Shown here in pieces: positions 45,776 through 57,312 of a DNA stretch of 64,000 bases. The notes under the pieces were generated by a model. The model was not told the DNA's origin. It saw nothing but the letters and a program-made list of their open reading frames with translations, and searched no databases. A program made the position numbers and the translations under genes. How positions within the stretch are numbered: position 1 is the stretch's first letter; each line of letters starts with the position of its first letter. This stretch comes from Rickettsiales bacterium (GTDB taxonomy: Bacteria > Pseudomonadota > Alphaproteobacteria > Rickettsiales > RI-342), in the NCBI GenBank assembly GCA_044368015.1, contig JBIPLF010000005.1, positions 2,985 through 66,984 on the forward strand. The letters are read 5' to 3'.

Positions 45776-46270
45776 ATGCAGAAGCTCGCCCCCCTCACCG
45801 TTGGCTGGAAAGAATGGATCAGCCTGCCGCAGCTTGGCCTGCCCGCCGTGAAAGCGAAGATGGATACAGGAGCGCGGACCTCCTCCATCCATGCGGAGGA
45901 GATGCACAGCTTCACCCGTGACGGCATCGCGTACCTGCGGTTTGTGGTGCATCCCCTGCAACGCAAAAAACTGGCGGTGTGTTGCGAAGCGCCACTGGTG
46001 GATGAACGGTCGGTGAAAAGTTCCAGCGGCCACCGCGAACAGCGCCCGGTGATCCGCACATCCCTAAGCCTTGGCGGGCGGGAATGGGTGATTGATCTCA
46101 ACCTCACCGACCGGGGTTCCATGGGGTCGCGGATGTTGATTGGGCGCGAAGCGATGCAGGGATACCTCATCATCGACCCGCATTCCATGTTTCGGTTCGG
46201 TCCGCGCTTGAAAGCCGATCTGGCGGCGGTATATGGTATGGAGGCTTCAGCAAAAGGTTCCGCCGTATGA
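45776..46270 (+). CDS. RimK-associated ATP-dependent zinc protease-like protein (retropepsin-like, COG4067 type)
   Basis: [32 protein letters not shown]. It overlaps the rimK start (ATGA). Confidence 0.8.
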   Translation: MQKLAPLTVGWKEWISLPQLGLPAVKAKMDTGARTSSIHAEEMHSFTRDGIAYLRFVVHPLQRKKLAVCCEAPLVDERSVKSSSGHREQRPVIRTSLSLGGREWVIDLNLTDRGSMGSRMLIGREAMQGYLIIDPHSMFRFGPRLKADLAAVYGMEASAKGSAV

Positions 46271-47172
46271 AAATCGCGATTCTCTCCCGTAATCCGCGCC
46301 TCTATTCCACCCATCGCCTAGTGGAGGCTGGGTTGCAGCGCGGCCATGAAATGCGCGTGATCGACGTGCAGAAATGCTACATGGATATCAGCGCCCACAA
46401 CCCGCATATCTATTACCGCGACGAAAAGCTGGAAGGGTTCGACGCCGTGATCCCGCGTATCGGCGCTTCCAATACCTTCTACGGTACGGCCGTGCTGCGC
46501 CAGTTTGAGATGGCAGGGGTGTACAGTGTCAACGAATCCGTGGCGGTGGCACGCTCTAAGGACAAGCTGCGGGCGCACCAGCTCTGCTCACGCAAGGGCA
46601 TCGGGATGCCCGTCACCGGTTTTGCCCATGCGGCGGGTAATACGCATGATCTCATCAAGATTGTCGGCGGCGCGCCGCTCATCATTAAGCTGCTGGAAGG
46701 CACGCAGGGCAAGGGCGTGGTGCTGGCCGAAACCGATAAAGTCGCCGAGGCCGTGATCGACGCCTTCCGTCAGGTCAATGCGTATTTTCTGGTGCAGGAA
46801 TTTATCAAGGAAGCCGGTGGCGCAGACATCCGCTGCTTTGTGGTGGGCGAAAAAGTGGTGGCGGCGATGATGCGCAAAGCCCAGCCGGGAGAGTTTCGCT
46901 CTAACCTGCATCGCGGTGGCTCTGCTGCGCTGATTAAAATCACGCCGATTGAGCGCAAAACAGCGGTGCAAGCGGCCAAGGCAATGGGGTTGAACGTCGC
47001 GGGTGTGGATATTGTGCGTTCCAGCCGGGGTCCGCTGGTGCTGGAGGTGAACTCCTCGCCGGGACTCAAAGGCATCGAAGCCGCCACCAAAAAGGATGTC
47101 GCGGGGATGATCATCCAGTTTGCAGAAGATAATGCCCGCCCCGGCCGCACCCGTCAGAAGGGGAAGGGGTAG
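46267..47172 (+). CDS. rimK: Ribosomal protein S6--L-glutamate ligase
   Basis: [22 protein letters not shown]..., [17 protein letters not shown] and [13 protein letters not shown]-grasp fold. Confidence 0.95.
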   Translation: MKIAILSRNPRLYSTHRLVEAGLQRGHEMRVIDVQKCYMDISAHNPHIYYRDEKLEGFDAVIPRIGASNTFYGTAVLRQFEMAGVYSVNESVAVARSKDKLRAHQLCSRKGIGMPVTGFAHAAGNTHDLIKIVGGAPLIIKLLEGTQGKGVVLAETDKVAEAVIDAFRQVNAYFLVQEFIKEAGGADIRCFVVGEKVVAAMMRKAQPGEFRSNLHRGGSAALIKITPIERKTAVQAAKAMGLNVAGVDIVRSSRGPLVLEVNSSPGLKGIEAATKKDVAGMIIQFAEDNARPGRTRQKGKG

Positions 47173-47242
47173 CCCCCCTCTGATTCCATGGCATCACGGC
47201 CAGTCATCGAGCAACCGACTTCGTTGTGACACCTTGCATGGT

Positions 47243-48406
47243 CTAGACGCTGTGCACGGCGGAGCACGAGGGAACGACCAGCCCCTCATGCACGCGCTTG
47301 AGCTGAAACACACTCCCTGCGGGGAGTGCGTCGATGAGGGGATGGGTATCGGGTGTCACGCCGGGGATTTTCAGTGGGTAAAGCCCCGTAGCCCAGCGTG
47401 CCGATTCCGTCTCTACCTGCTGTGCGCGCAACCGATCCACTGCCGGAATCAGTTGCGCATAGGCTTTACCGTTCTGTATCTGGGTTGCGTGCTGGCTGAG
47501 CGCGTGTAATTTGGATTGCTGCGCCTCGTCAGAGGAGAGCACAATAAAGGGCGGCACGGCAATCGGCCCATCAAACACAAAGGATGCCGGATCATGCGCG
47601 TGCGTGACATCGCCCGCCGGGTGAATAAACCCGCTTTCATCCACATGGTAACGGTACTGGTAGGGGCAGGTGAAAGCGGCCTGATCCAGTGCCTCCATCA
47701 CCCAGGGCTGGCCAAGCGTCAGCGCAAATTCCGGATCGCTGGTGAGGATTTCCACCGGCCCATGCGCGGCCTCATGAAAGAATCCCTCCTCGCGCAGTTC
47801 TACCACCGCCTGAATGGCAGCAAGTGCCGTTGCCAGATGATCGGGGTGGTCGGGATAGAGCGACGGCAGCGCCAGCCGACGGGGTGCGGCGTCGCGGATC
47901 GCCTCTTTGAGTCTGGCGGTGACGGCGGGCAGGCAATCCAGCAATCCGCCATCGGGGAAATAGGCGCTATTATCCTGAAAGGCGCAATCCCCCGGCTTCC
48001 GGGTGAGATAAGCGATATTGATGCGGGTGATCGCCGCTGAACGGGCTTCCTCTCCGCGGCGAATTTCCATCACCTCGGCGGGGTCGCGGGGTAGATCGCC
48101 CTTCTCGCCGCGGGTGAGGATAAGCTGCTGATAACTCCCCCCCACCGCCTGTAAATGATGGATCAGGAGCGGGTAAAAATCGGCGCTGACATCCGACGGG
48201 TGCGGCGAAAGGAACAGGGTATCCCCCGGCGGAAGCGGTCTGCCCGTCTCACGCGATACATAGGCATAGCCATCGGGAGTGGCACGCGCAGGCGCGTGAC
48301 CTGCTCCCTGCAACAGGCCGCGGATCAGTTCCGGCTGCGGTGTGTCATGTATCCGCTCGGAGAGCGTGTGGACGTCGGTAAATGGCATGGGATAAAGTAC
48401 ATTCAT
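47243..48406 (-). CDS. PIG-L/LmbE-like deacetylase family protein (tentative)
   Basis: LFLSPHPSDVS...LILTRGEKG...YPDHPDH resembles the PIG-L motifs (HPDD...T.G..G...HPDH), though the first motif is a variant. The extra C-terminal ~180 aa are unassigned. Confidence 0.55.
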   Translation of the reverse strand: MNVLYPMPFTDVHTLSERIHDTPQPELIRGLLQGAGHAPARATPDGYAYVSRETGRPLPPGDTLFLSPHPSDVSADFYPLLIHHLQAVGGSYQQLILTRGEKGDLPRDPAEVMEIRRGEEARSAAITRINIAYLTRKPGDCAFQDNSAYFPDGGLLDCLPAVTARLKEAIRDAAPRRLALPSLYPDHPDHLATALAAIQAVVELREEGFFHEAAHGPVEILTSDPEFALTLGQPWVMEALDQAAFTCPYQYRYHVDESGFIHPAGDVTHAHDPASFVFDGPIAVPPFIVLSSDEAQQSKLHALSQHATQIQNGKAYAQLIPAVDRLRAQQVETESARWATGLYPLKIPGVTPDTHPLIDALPAGSVFQLKRVHEGLVVPSCSAVHSV

Positions 48407-48507
48407 TTAATGTTGAATTGCGCGGACAACATAAATATAATGTAATATGCAGGTACGAGCAAGCGGGAAGAAAAAATTTAACAAAAAGAGGGGGGAGAGG
48501 GGGAACC

Positions 48508-48605
48508 ATCATCCTGAGCCGCAGGCGAAGGATCTCTCCGTTTGCGTCAATCTATTCGTGTCTCGCTTGTGGGGAGATCCTTCGGGATAAACCCCTCAGG
48601 ATGAC
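48508..48605. repeat. Family B palindromic element
   Basis: ATCATCCTGAGCCGCAGGCGAAGGATCTC...GGGGAGATCCTTCGGG...CCTCAGGATGAC. Confidence 0.85.
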
Positions 48606-48613
48606 GAAACGCC

Positions 48614-50416
48614 TCAATCATCCCCCATTTTCAGCGCGGCGATGAAGGCGGATTGCGGAATATCCACGCTGCCGAACTGGCGCATGCGTTTTTTGCCTTC
48701 CTTCTGCTTATCCAGCAGCTTGCGCTTACGGGAGATATCGCCCCCATAGCATTTGGCGGTGACGTCCTTGCGGAGTGCGCTGATGGTTTCGCGGGCGATC
48801 ACCTTGCCGCCGATCGCCGCCTGAATGGGGATTTTGAACAAATGTTGGGGGATCAGGTCTTTGAGGCGTTTGCACAAAGCCCGCCCGCGCATGTCCGACT
48901 GCGAGCGGTGGACAATCAGTGAGAGCGCGTCCACAATTTCAGCGTTGACGCGAATATCCACTTTCACCAGATCGCCCTGTTCATAGCCGTCGAACTGGTA
49001 ATCGAAGCTCGCATAGCCTTTGCTCACCGATTTCAACCGGTCGTAAAAATCGAACACCACTTCGTTGAGTGGCAGGCGATAGACCAGCATCGCCCGGTTG
49101 CCCGCATAGGTGAGATCCTTCTGCACGCCGCGCTTTTCGGTGCAGAGTGAGAGCACATTGCCTAAATAGGCATCTGGCACCAGAATCGTCGCGTTGATCC
49201 AGGGTTCTTCCATTCGCTCAATATGGGTGGGGTCGGGCATGTCAGCGGGGTTGTGGAGTTCGGTTTCCTTACCATTGCGGAAATACAGCTTATAAATCAC
49301 GCTCGGCGCGGTGGTGATGAGGTCCAGATCGAACTCGCGCTCCAGCCGTTCCTGAATAATCTCCAGATGCAGCAGCCCTAAGAATCCACAGCGGAACCCG
49401 AACCCCAGCGCGGCAGAGCTTTCGCCCTCATAGGTGAAGCTGGCATCGTTCAGCCGCAGCTTGGCGAGCGCCTCGCGCATCCGCTCAAAATCAGACGCAT
49501 CGGTGGGGAATAAACCACAAAACACCACTGGCTGGGTGGGTTTGAATCCGGGCAACGCCTGCGCGGTTGGCTTGGCATCATCGGTGATCGTATCACCCAC
49601 ATGGCAATCCGCCACTTCCTTGATTGCGGCGGTGATGTACCCCACCTCGCCTGGCCCTAAACTCGCCACCACCTGCTTTTTCGGGGTGAACACGCCCACC
49701 TGCTCGGTATGATACACCCGCCCGGTAGACATCATCCGCACCTTCATGCCTTTTTTGAGGTGACCGTCGATCACCCGCACCAGAATGACGACGCCTAAGT
49801 AAGCATCGTACCAGCTATCCACCAGCAGCGCCTTGAGGGTGGCATCCGGATCGCCCTCCGGCGCGGGGAGCTGGGTAACGACTGCCTCCAGGATGTCGTC
49901 GATGCCGATCCCCGATTTGGCAGAGGCGAGGACGGCGTGGGAGGCGTCGATCCCCACCACTTCCTCAATCTGCTCGCGGATGCGTTCCGGCTCAGCGGCG
50001 GGGAGGTCGATCTTGTTCAGCACAGGGATTATTTCATGATTGTTATCAATCGCCTGATACACGTTGGCGAGCGTCTGCGCTTCCACCCCCTGACTCGCAT
50101 CCACGACGAGCAACGAGCCTTCGCACGCGGCGAGACACCGATTCACCTCATAGGCAAAATCCACATGGCCCGGCGTATCCATCAGGTTGAGGATGTATTC
50201 CAACCCGTCCTTGGCCTGATAGCGCAGCCGCACCGTCTGCGCCTTGATGGTGATGCCACGCTCCTTCTCAATATCCATGGAATCCAGCACCTGCGCGGAC
50301 ATTTCGCGCAACTCCAGCCCGCCGCAGCGTTCGATCAGCCGGTCGGCGAGGGTGGATTTCCCATGGTCAATATGGGCGATAATCGCAAAATTGCGGATGT
50401 TGGTTTGTGTGCTCAT
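48614..50416 (-). CDS. lepA: Translation elongation factor 4
   Basis: [35 protein letters not shown] and NKID, with the LepA-specific C-terminus. Start trimmed to ATG 50416. Confidence 0.97.
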   Translation of the reverse strand: MSTQTNIRNFAIIAHIDHGKSTLADRLIERCGGLELREMSAQVLDSMDIEKERGITIKAQTVRLRYQAKDGLEYILNLMDTPGHVDFAYEVNRCLAACEGSLLVVDASQGVEAQTLANVYQAIDNNHEIIPVLNKIDLPAAEPERIREQIEEVVGIDASHAVLASAKSGIGIDDILEAVVTQLPAPEGDPDATLKALLVDSWYDAYLGVVILVRVIDGHLKKGMKVRMMSTGRVYHTEQVGVFTPKKQVVASLGPGEVGYITAAIKEVADCHVGDTITDDAKPTAQALPGFKPTQPVVFCGLFPTDASDFERMREALAKLRLNDASFTYEGESSAALGFGFRCGFLGLLHLEIIQERLEREFDLDLITTAPSVIYKLYFRNGKETELHNPADMPDPTHIERMEEPWINATILVPDAYLGNVLSLCTEKRGVQKDLTYAGNRAMLVYRLPLNEVVFDFYDRLKSVSKGYASFDYQFDGYEQGDLVKVDIRVNAEIVDALSLIVHRSQSDMRGRALCKRLKDLIPQHLFKIPIQAAIGGKVIARETISALRKDVTAKCYGGDISRKRKLLDKQKEGKKRMRQFGSVDIPQSAFIAALKMGDD

Positions 50417-50504
50417 GCCGGAACTTCTAGCAAATGCAGGGGTTGCACACAATCACGCTTTTGCGTATCGTGTCGGACAATGGAATTGTGAGGGGCGTGC
50501 CCGC

Positions 50505-50597
50505 GTCATCCTGAGCCGCAGGCGAAGGATCTCGCCGCAAGCGAAACGCGGATAGGTTGACGCAAATGGAGAGATGCTTCGTTGCACTCAGCATGAC
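50505..50597. repeat. Family B palindromic element
   Basis: GTCATCCTGAGCCGCAGGCGAAGGATCTC...GAGAGATGCTTCGTTGCACTCAGCATGAC. Confidence 0.85.
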
Positions 50598-50622
50598 GCC
50601 CCCCGTGCAAACCTCGTATTGA

Positions 50623-51663
<1,041 letters not shown>

Positions 51664-51905
51664 TTTTTGGCGTCGAACGCTACTACGGCGCGCTGCACCT
51701 TTCGCACTTCTGCGCTTCCGGCTTTCACGTATGTGAAATACGCTGGAACTTCCGGTTCTCAAAGTGCTAAAGGTTCGCGTGACCGTAGCGCATTCGGCAC
51801 CCAAAAACGGGGGGTTAGGGGTGAGTGTGAAGGGCTGGTTTTGCTGGCCGCACTGCGTATGTCTTTTTGCGACTGGAAACGTAACCCATTCAGGGAAAAA
51901 GAACC

Positions 51906-52202
51906 CTAACCCCCAAGAACGTTGCGCCTGTTCCTCCAGTCCCCCCCTCCCGCAGCACTGGTAACAGCTGCTACGGTTCGGTAATCTTCTAAGTCACCCT
52001 CGCCCATAGCCCGGATCTCACCCAGCGATGTGTCCCCCAGTACCCTTCTGATCCCTTTTGCTTCCTGATAGGAGGCTGCGTTGCCAGTTATGGGGGCACC
52101 TTTAGGGAGACCGTCTGTGTCATTGGAATGTAAAGCTTGACCATAGTCTTGACCGATACCATGTTCATGATGGTTATAGTTATAGTTATTAACGTTTGGC
52201 AT
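51906..52202 (-). CDS. Small hypothetical protein B (98 aa)
   Basis: Start trimmed to ATG 52202 (MPNVNNYNYNHHEHG...), with SD GGGAG. Preceded by the conserved upstream element, copy B. Confidence 0.45.
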   Translation of the reverse strand: MPNVNNYNYNHHEHGIGQDYGQALHSNDTDGLPKGAPITGNAASYQEAKGIRRVLGDTSLGEIRAMGEGDLEDYRTVAAVTSAAGGGDWRNRRNVLGG

Positions 52203-52236
52203 CTGTATGCTCCCGTATGATTTGTGACACGAAGAA

Positions 52237-52292
52237 AATCCTAACCCACGGATGTGTCTTTTTTTTTCTGAAAGATGAATGTTTTGTGACAG
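52237..52292 (-). promoter_or_regulatory. Conserved upstream element, copy B
   Basis: The minus strand reads CTGTCACAAAACATTCATCTTTCAGAAAAAAAAAGACACATCCGTGGGTTAGGATT. A second TGTCACAAATC box lies at 52219-52229. Confidence 0.5.
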
Positions 52293-52299
52293 TGAGGGT

Positions 52300-52422
52300 G
52301 TCATGCTGACCCTGAGCAACGCGAAGGGGAAGTATCTCCCCGCTGGGACAGACAATACGGTGGTGCCTTATCCTATGCAGTGCCCTGCCAGTGGAGGGAT
52401 GCTTCGTTGCACTCAGCATGAC
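52300..52422. repeat. Family B palindromic element
   Basis: GTCATGCTGACCCTGAGCAACGCGAAGGGGAAGTATCTCCCCGC...GGAGGGATGCTTCGTTGCACTCAGCATGAC. Confidence 0.85.
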
Positions 52423-52475
52423 GGATATCCCCTCCGCTGTTGCCATTCCTCGCATCATCCATTATCCAGTCGTCC

Positions 52476-53447
52476 ATGACCCCACTCTCCTTCATCCACA
52501 CGTTGGCCGACCTCGCGGGCGAGGTACTCCGCCCCTATTACCGCTCGCCGCTGGTGATTGATTCCAAGGGCGACCGCTCGCCGGTTACCGAGGCCGACCG
52601 CGCCGTGGAACGTGCCTTGCGGGAAGCCATCCGCAAGGCCTATCCGGAGCATGGGATTGTGGGGGAGGAATACGGCGCGGAAAACCCGGACGCCGAGTTC
52701 TGCTGGTATCTGGACCCCATCGACGGCACGCTGTCCTTCATGCATGGCAAGCCGCTCTTCACCACGCTGATTGCGCTCTGCCATCGCGGCATTCCGGTGC
52801 TGGGATGCATCGACCAGCCGATTCTTGGGGATCGCTGGGTGGGGGGAAAGGACGCACCGACGGTGCATCAGGGGTCAGGGTTCAGGATTCAGGATTCAGG
52901 ATACCCCCTCCCTATCCCTCCCCCGCAAGCGGGAGAGGGGACCGGAGGAGAGGCCTCTCCTACTGACCAAACGTTGATCGTAAAGCGCGATGGTGCATCC
53001 GGTCCCCTCTCCCGCTTGCGTGGGAGGGATAGGGAGGGGGTGTTGTTTGCAAGCCACCAGCCACTAATCACTAGCCACTGTAAAACCCGCCCCTACACCT
53101 CCCTCGCCGAGGCCAGCTTCTCCACCACCTCGCCCTATCTCTTTAACCCGCAGGAGCGGGCGGCGTTTGAGCGCATCCGCGAGCAGTGCCGCTACACGCT
53201 GTTTGGGGGCGATGCCTACGCCTACGGGATGCTCGCTTCCGGGCAGATCGATTTAGTAGTGGAGGCAGGCTTACAGGATCACGATTTTCTGCCGCTCGTC
53301 GCGGTGATTGAAGGCGCGGGCGGCATCATGACCGACTGGGAGGGCAACCCGCTCACCACCCAATCCGACGGACGGGTGATCGCCGCGGGGGATAGAAGAG
53401 TGCATGCACAGGTGGTGGGGATGCTATCGGGAGGAGGACCCATGTAA
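52476..53447 (+). CDS. Inositol monophosphatase family protein, histidinol-phosphatase (HisN)-like, carrying a 68-codon in-frame repeat insertion
   Basis: Contains SPVTEADRAVE, WYLDPIDGT, FGGDAYAYGMLASGQIDLVVE and LPLVAVIEGAGGIMTDW. The conserved sequence is interrupted at 52875-53078. Confidence 0.85.
   Translation: MTPLSFIHTLADLAGEVLRPYYRSPLVIDSKGDRSPVTEADRAVERALREAIRKAYPEHGIVGEEYGAENPDAEFCWYLDPIDGTLSFMHGKPLFTTLIALCHRGIPVLGCIDQPILGDRWVGGKDAPTVHQGSGFRIQDSGYPLPIPPPQAGEGTGGEASPTDQTLIVKRDGASGPLSRLRGRDREGVLFASHQPLITSHCKTRPYTSLAEASFSTTSPYLFNPQERAAFERIREQCRYTLFGGDAYAYGMLASGQIDLVVEAGLQDHDFLPLVAVIEGAGGIMTDWEGNPLTTQSDGRVIAAGDRRVHAQVVGMLSGGGPM
52875..53078. repeat. Composite repeat inside the CDS: GGATTCA heptamers + family P palindrome + CCACT/AGCCAC module
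   Basis: 204 nt (68 codons). TCAGGGTTCAGGATTCAGGATTCAGGATA, then CCCCCTCCCTATCCCTCCCCCGCAAGCGGGAGAGGGGACCGG...CCGGTCCCCTCTCCCGCTTGCGTGGGAGGGATAGGGAGGGGG. Confidence 0.85.
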
Positions 53448-53636
53448 AGACTCACGCCGATCTCTCGTCTCTTTACTGATGCCCGGCCACCCGCGCTGCC
53501 AGTTAGTTGCCTCATTAAACTCCCGCCGAGCCTGTTCCGAAGTAAACACTATGCCTGCCGGTCCTATTATTGGTTGCCCAGCTTCCGGTGCGATGGGTTG
53601 TTCGCCAGAAATTTGATCGGTAACGAAATCATTCAT
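53424..53636 (-). CDS. Small hypothetical protein C (70 aa)
   Basis: Preceded by a diverged copy of the conserved upstream element. Weak SD. The 3' end overlaps the convergent hisN-like gene by 24 nt. Confidence 0.3.
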   Translation of the reverse strand: MNDFVTDQISGEQPIAPEAGQPIIGPAGIVFTSEQARREFNEATNWQRGWPGISKETRDRRESLHGSSSR

Positions 53637-53682
53637 AAAATAGCTTTCTTCTCATGATCCAGATCGCATACTTGTAGCGCAT

Positions 53683-53726
53683 CAATGTGTCTTTTTTGTT
53701 GCCGAAGAACGAAACTTTTGTGATTG
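53683..53726 (-). promoter_or_regulatory. Conserved upstream element, diverged copy C
   Basis: The minus strand reads CAATCACAAAAGTTTCGTTCTTCGGCAACAAAAAAGACACATTG. Confidence 0.35.
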
Positions 53727-53743
53727 CGGCCTAACTTTGCGGG

Positions 53744-55480
53744 TTACCCCTCCGCCCCCTGATGGGCCACAAGCCGCGCATAAGCGCCGTTTCTAGCCAA
53801 CAATGCCGCGTGCGTACCGGATTCCACCACCCTTCCGCCTTCCACGACATAAATACAATCGGCGTGGCGGATGGTGGAAAGCCGGTGCGCGACGGCAATC
53901 ACCGTATGCGTGCCGCGAATCCGCTCCAACGCCTGCTGAATCTGCTGTTCGGAGACGGTATCGAGCGCTGCCGTCGCTTCGTCAAACAGCAGAATCGGTG
54001 CGTTGCGGTAGAGGGCGCGGGCAATCGCTAACCGCTGACGCTGCCCACCGGAAAGCGTGACGCCGTGTGGGCCGATGGGGGTGTCATACCCTTGCGGCAG
54101 GTTGCGGATGAAACTATCCGCGGCAGCGTCGGTTGCTGCCTGCTCCACCCGTGCGCGGTCGGGCGAGGCATCCCCATAGGCGATGTTGGCGGCCACCGAA
54201 TCGTCAAACAGATAGGTATCCTGCCCCACATAGCCGAACTGGGCACGCAAGCTCTCCAGCGTGAGGCCCCGCACCTCCTGCCCGTCGATCAGAATTCTCC
54301 CCTGCTGCGCATCGTAAAAGCGCAGGAGCAACTGAATCAGCGTCGATTTTCCGCCGCCCGAAGGCCCGGCGAGCGCGACAAACTGCCCCGGTTCGATGGT
54401 CAGCGACAGCGATTCCAGCGCCGGGCGATCGTTCTGATAGCGGAACCCCACCTCCTCCAGCGTAATCCGCCCTTCGGCGCGGGGGAGTGTTACCGCGTCC
54501 GGCGCGTTCTGGATGGTGGCGACCTCATCCAGCCGGGCGAAGAGGCGTGTCCCGGCGGCCAGCCCCTCCTGCAAACTGGTATTGAGTCCCGCGATGCTCT
54601 TTACCGGCTTATAGGCCATCATCGTCGCCGCCAGAAAGGACACAAACGCCCCTTGTGTGGTGTGGCCGTTGATCACCTCAAACCCGCCATACCAGATCAC
54701 CCCCGCCACCGCGAGTCCGGTGAGCATTTCCATCAGCGGCGAGGACGCCGCCTTAATGCGGAACCCTTTGATATACAGCTGATACACCCGTTCAATCGCC
54801 GCCCGCGCCTTGCCGGTTTCGTACCCTTCACCACCATAGGCCTTGATCACCGCCATGGCACGGAAGGCTTCGTCCAGATCAGCGGTGATGTTGCCCAACT
54901 GCGCCTGCGTGTCATTGGAGACTTTCCGCATCCGCTTGCCCATGCGGAGGATCGGCAGCACCCCAAACGGAAAGGCAACCAGCGCAATCAGGCTCAGCAC
55001 CGTGCTTTGGTAAAACATCACGCCTACTAGGAATATCAGCGTGCTCCATTCTTTCACGATCCCCGTCGTGACGTTGGTGAGTGCGTCGCGCAGCACGGTG
55101 ATGTCGTTGGTCAGCCGCGAGATCAGCTTGCCCGACCCTTCCTGATGAAACTGCGCCATATCGGCCCGCAGCAGGTGCTCGTACAGTTGCAACTGCATGT
55201 CGCACATGATGCGTTGCCCCACCCCGCGCATGGTGGTTTCCTGAAAATAACTGGCGACGGCCTTAATGACGGCCAACCCCATCACCGCCAGCGGCAACAG
55301 CAGCAGCTTGGTGGCGTCTTTGTTGAGGAAAATATCGTCCAGCACCTGCTCCAGCAGTAGGGCGTTGGCGGCGGTGGTCGCCGCCACCACAATCATGGCC
55401 AGCATGGCAAGCCCAATACGCCGCGCATGAAGGCGCAGATACTGTTGACGTAACCGACGGATGATGGGAGAGGATGGCAC
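53744..55480 (-). CDS. ABC transporter ATP-binding/permease protein (MsbA-like exporter)
   Basis: Six N-terminal TM segments, Walker A GPSGGGKST, signature LSGGQRQRLAIARAL and Walker B ILLFDEATAALD. GTG start. Confidence 0.93.
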   Translation of the reverse strand: MPSSPIIRRLRQQYLRLHARRIGLAMLAMIVVAATTAANALLLEQVLDDIFLNKDATKLLLLPLAVMGLAVIKAVASYFQETTMRGVGQRIMCDMQLQLYEHLLRADMAQFHQEGSGKLISRLTNDITVLRDALTNVTTGIVKEWSTLIFLVGVMFYQSTVLSLIALVAFPFGVLPILRMGKRMRKVSNDTQAQLGNITADLDEAFRAMAVIKAYGGEGYETGKARAAIERVYQLYIKGFRIKAASSPLMEMLTGLAVAGVIWYGGFEVINGHTTQGAFVSFLAATMMAYKPVKSIAGLNTSLQEGLAAGTRLFARLDEVATIQNAPDAVTLPRAEGRITLEEVGFRYQNDRPALESLSLTIEPGQFVALAGPSGGGKSTLIQLLLRFYDAQQGRILIDGQEVRGLTLESLRAQFGYVGQDTYLFDDSVAANIAYGDASPDRARVEQAATDAAADSFIRNLPQGYDTPIGPHGVTLSGGQRQRLAIARALYRNAPILLFDEATAALDTVSEQQIQQALERIRGTHTVIAVAHRLSTIRHADCIYVVEGGRVVESGTHAALLARNGAYARLVAHQGAEG

Positions 55481-55690
55481 GAATTAGGTCGCCCGATCGT
55501 AGGGAGGGGTGTGGATTTGATGCTCTTCCCCTGCCATCAACGTAGCGCGGGCGGGTACCGAACGGCCTTGCACCATCTCCAGTGTCTCGTGCAGCCCTTC
55601 CAGAATATCCTGCCCCAGAGGGCTGAGAGAATAGAGGTGATCATCTGTCATAGGACGCAGCTTTCAATGATGATGTACGTTCGATCCCGT

Positions 55691-55833
55691 CGCCCCTCCC
55701 TGAATGGGAGGGGTCGGAATCGTTTACGATTCCGGGGGAGGGTGAATTGCCTCTACGCCACCCCCTCCCGGACTTGCTGGCGATTCGCTACGCTCACGCC
55801 GCTCACCGACCTCCCCCATCAAGGGGGAGGTGA
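55691..55833. repeat. Composite palindromic repeats (family A + family D)
   Basis: CGCCCCTCCCTGAATGGGAGGGGTCGGAATCGTTTACGATTCCGGGGGAGGGTGA, then GCTACGCTCACGCCGCTCACCGACCTCCCCCATCAAGGGGGAGGTGA. Confidence 0.85.
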
Positions 55834-55853
55834 AGAAACAATCCGCACCAAGC

Positions 55854-57182
55854 TCACGCTCCCGCGATGGTCATGCCCTCAATGCGGAGGGTCGGGCTGT
55901 TGGTGCGGGCATCGAACGCCAGATCATTCGCCGGGGTGAGGTTGCGAAACATGGTTTTCAGGTTTCCGGCGATGGTGATTTCGCTCACCGGATAGGCGAG
56001 CTGTCCGTTTTCGATCCAGAAGCCCGCGGCACCCTGACTGTAATCACCGGTGACCTGATTCACCCCCATCCCCATCAGATCGGTGACGTAAAAGCCGGAA
56101 GCGATGTCCGCCAGCAGCTCCTGCGGGGGGAGCGTTCCCGGCTCCATCCAGAAATTGGTGGGGCTTGGCGAAGGCGGGGATGCTAACCCCCGCGAGGCAT
56201 GTCCGGTGCTGCGCATTCCCAGTTGCGCGGCGGAACGCTGATCCAGAAACCAACTGGTCAGCACGCCGTTTTCCACAATCGCCCGGCGTTTGCCGCCCAT
56301 CCCTTCACCGTCAAAGGGGCGGGAACCGAGGCCCTTGGGTAGCCAGGGATCGTCATAGAGGGTGATCGAGGGGGCGAAGAGTTCCGTTCCCATCGCATCT
56401 TTCAGGAAGCTGGTGCCACGCGCGACCGCCGCACCGGAAATGGCCGAAGCGAAAGCGGAAAGCAGCGATTTGGCGATGCGCGATTCAAACACTACCGGCA
56501 CCTGACAGCTTGGCGCTTTGCGCGGATGGACGCGGGTGGTGGCGCGTTCGGCGGCTTCCCAGCCGAGTGCCTCTGCGGTGGGGAGATCGGCCGCAAACCG
56601 GCGCGAGGCATAGGCGTAATCGCGTTCCATGCCGGTGCCTTCGCCCGCCAGCACGGTGATGGAAACGCCGGTGGAGCGGGTGCGGTAATGCCCGGCAAAC
56701 CCCTTGCTGGTGGCCAGCCACACATGGGAGCGCGTATGCCCTACCCCCGCCCCTTGCGAGTTGGTAACGCCCGGAACGGCCCGCGCATGATTTTCTGCCT
56801 CGCGAGCATAATCGGTGAGCTGCGCCTCGGTAAGCGGATCGGGATCCTCCAGCATCAGGTCGGGATGGTTGCTGATAAAATCCTTCGGCTCGGTGAGGCG
56901 GGCGAAGGGATCCTCCGGCGCGGCTTTGGCCATTTCCACCGTGCGTTCCGCGAGCAGCTTCAGCGCATCGGGCGAGAGGTCGGTGGTAGAGCTACTGGCA
57001 ATGCGGTTGCCCACAAACACGCGCAGGCCCACGGCGTCCGACTGCGCGGATTGGAGGTTTTCCAACGCTCCCAAACGCCAGTTGAGGCTCCATTCCTCAC
57101 TTTGCAGGCGCAGGGCATCGGCATCCGTGGCACCACAGCGTTTCGCGTGGCTCAGTAATTGGGAGAGAGGTTCCTGTTGCAT
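55854..57182 (-). CDS. pmbA: TldD/PmbA family metalloprotease (PmbA/TldE-like)
   Basis: 442 aa. Contains GLRVFVGNRIASSSTTDL and the C-terminal pattern GDYSQGAAGFWIENGQLAYPV. Confidence 0.9.
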   Translation of the reverse strand: MQQEPLSQLLSHAKRCGATDADALRLQSEEWSLNWRLGALENLQSAQSDAVGLRVFVGNRIASSSTTDLSPDALKLLAERTVEMAKAAPEDPFARLTEPKDFISNHPDLMLEDPDPLTEAQLTDYAREAENHARAVPGVTNSQGAGVGHTRSHVWLATSKGFAGHYRTRSTGVSITVLAGEGTGMERDYAYASRRFAADLPTAEALGWEAAERATTRVHPRKAPSCQVPVVFESRIAKSLLSAFASAISGAAVARGTSFLKDAMGTELFAPSITLYDDPWLPKGLGSRPFDGEGMGGKRRAIVENGVLTSWFLDQRSAAQLGMRSTGHASRGLASPPSPSPTNFWMEPGTLPPQELLADIASGFYVTDLMGMGVNQVTGDYSQGAAGFWIENGQLAYPVSEITIAGNLKTMFRNLTPANDLAFDARTNSPTLRIEGMTIAGA

Positions 57183-57312
57183 GGGCCGGAGTGTAGACGA
57201 AGCGCGCAGCGAGATACAAGGGTTTTGCGGAAACCAATCAAGAGCACGTCACAAAACATTAATACATATGTGGTATCGTTTGCTTCGGTTCAATTAAATG
57301 ATGGAGTGATAT

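Noticed and set aside
55484-55652. 56-codon minus-strand ORF (MTDDHLYSLSPLGQDILEGLHETLEMVQGRSVPARATLMAGEEHQIHTPPYDRAT) just upstream of the msbA-like gene.
   Set aside because: It is below the ORF-track cutoff, has no SD and belongs to no family that I recognise. I kept it only as a note, and Ribo-seq or a conservation check would be needed to call it.
55660-55700. tRNA-like T-arm sequence GTACGTTCGATCCCGTCG, considered as a possible tRNA gene or integration-site remnant.
   Set aside because: I could not build a 5-bp T stem, acceptor stem, anticodon arm or CCA context from the flanking ~80 nt. It abuts a family A repeat and is most likely fortuitous.
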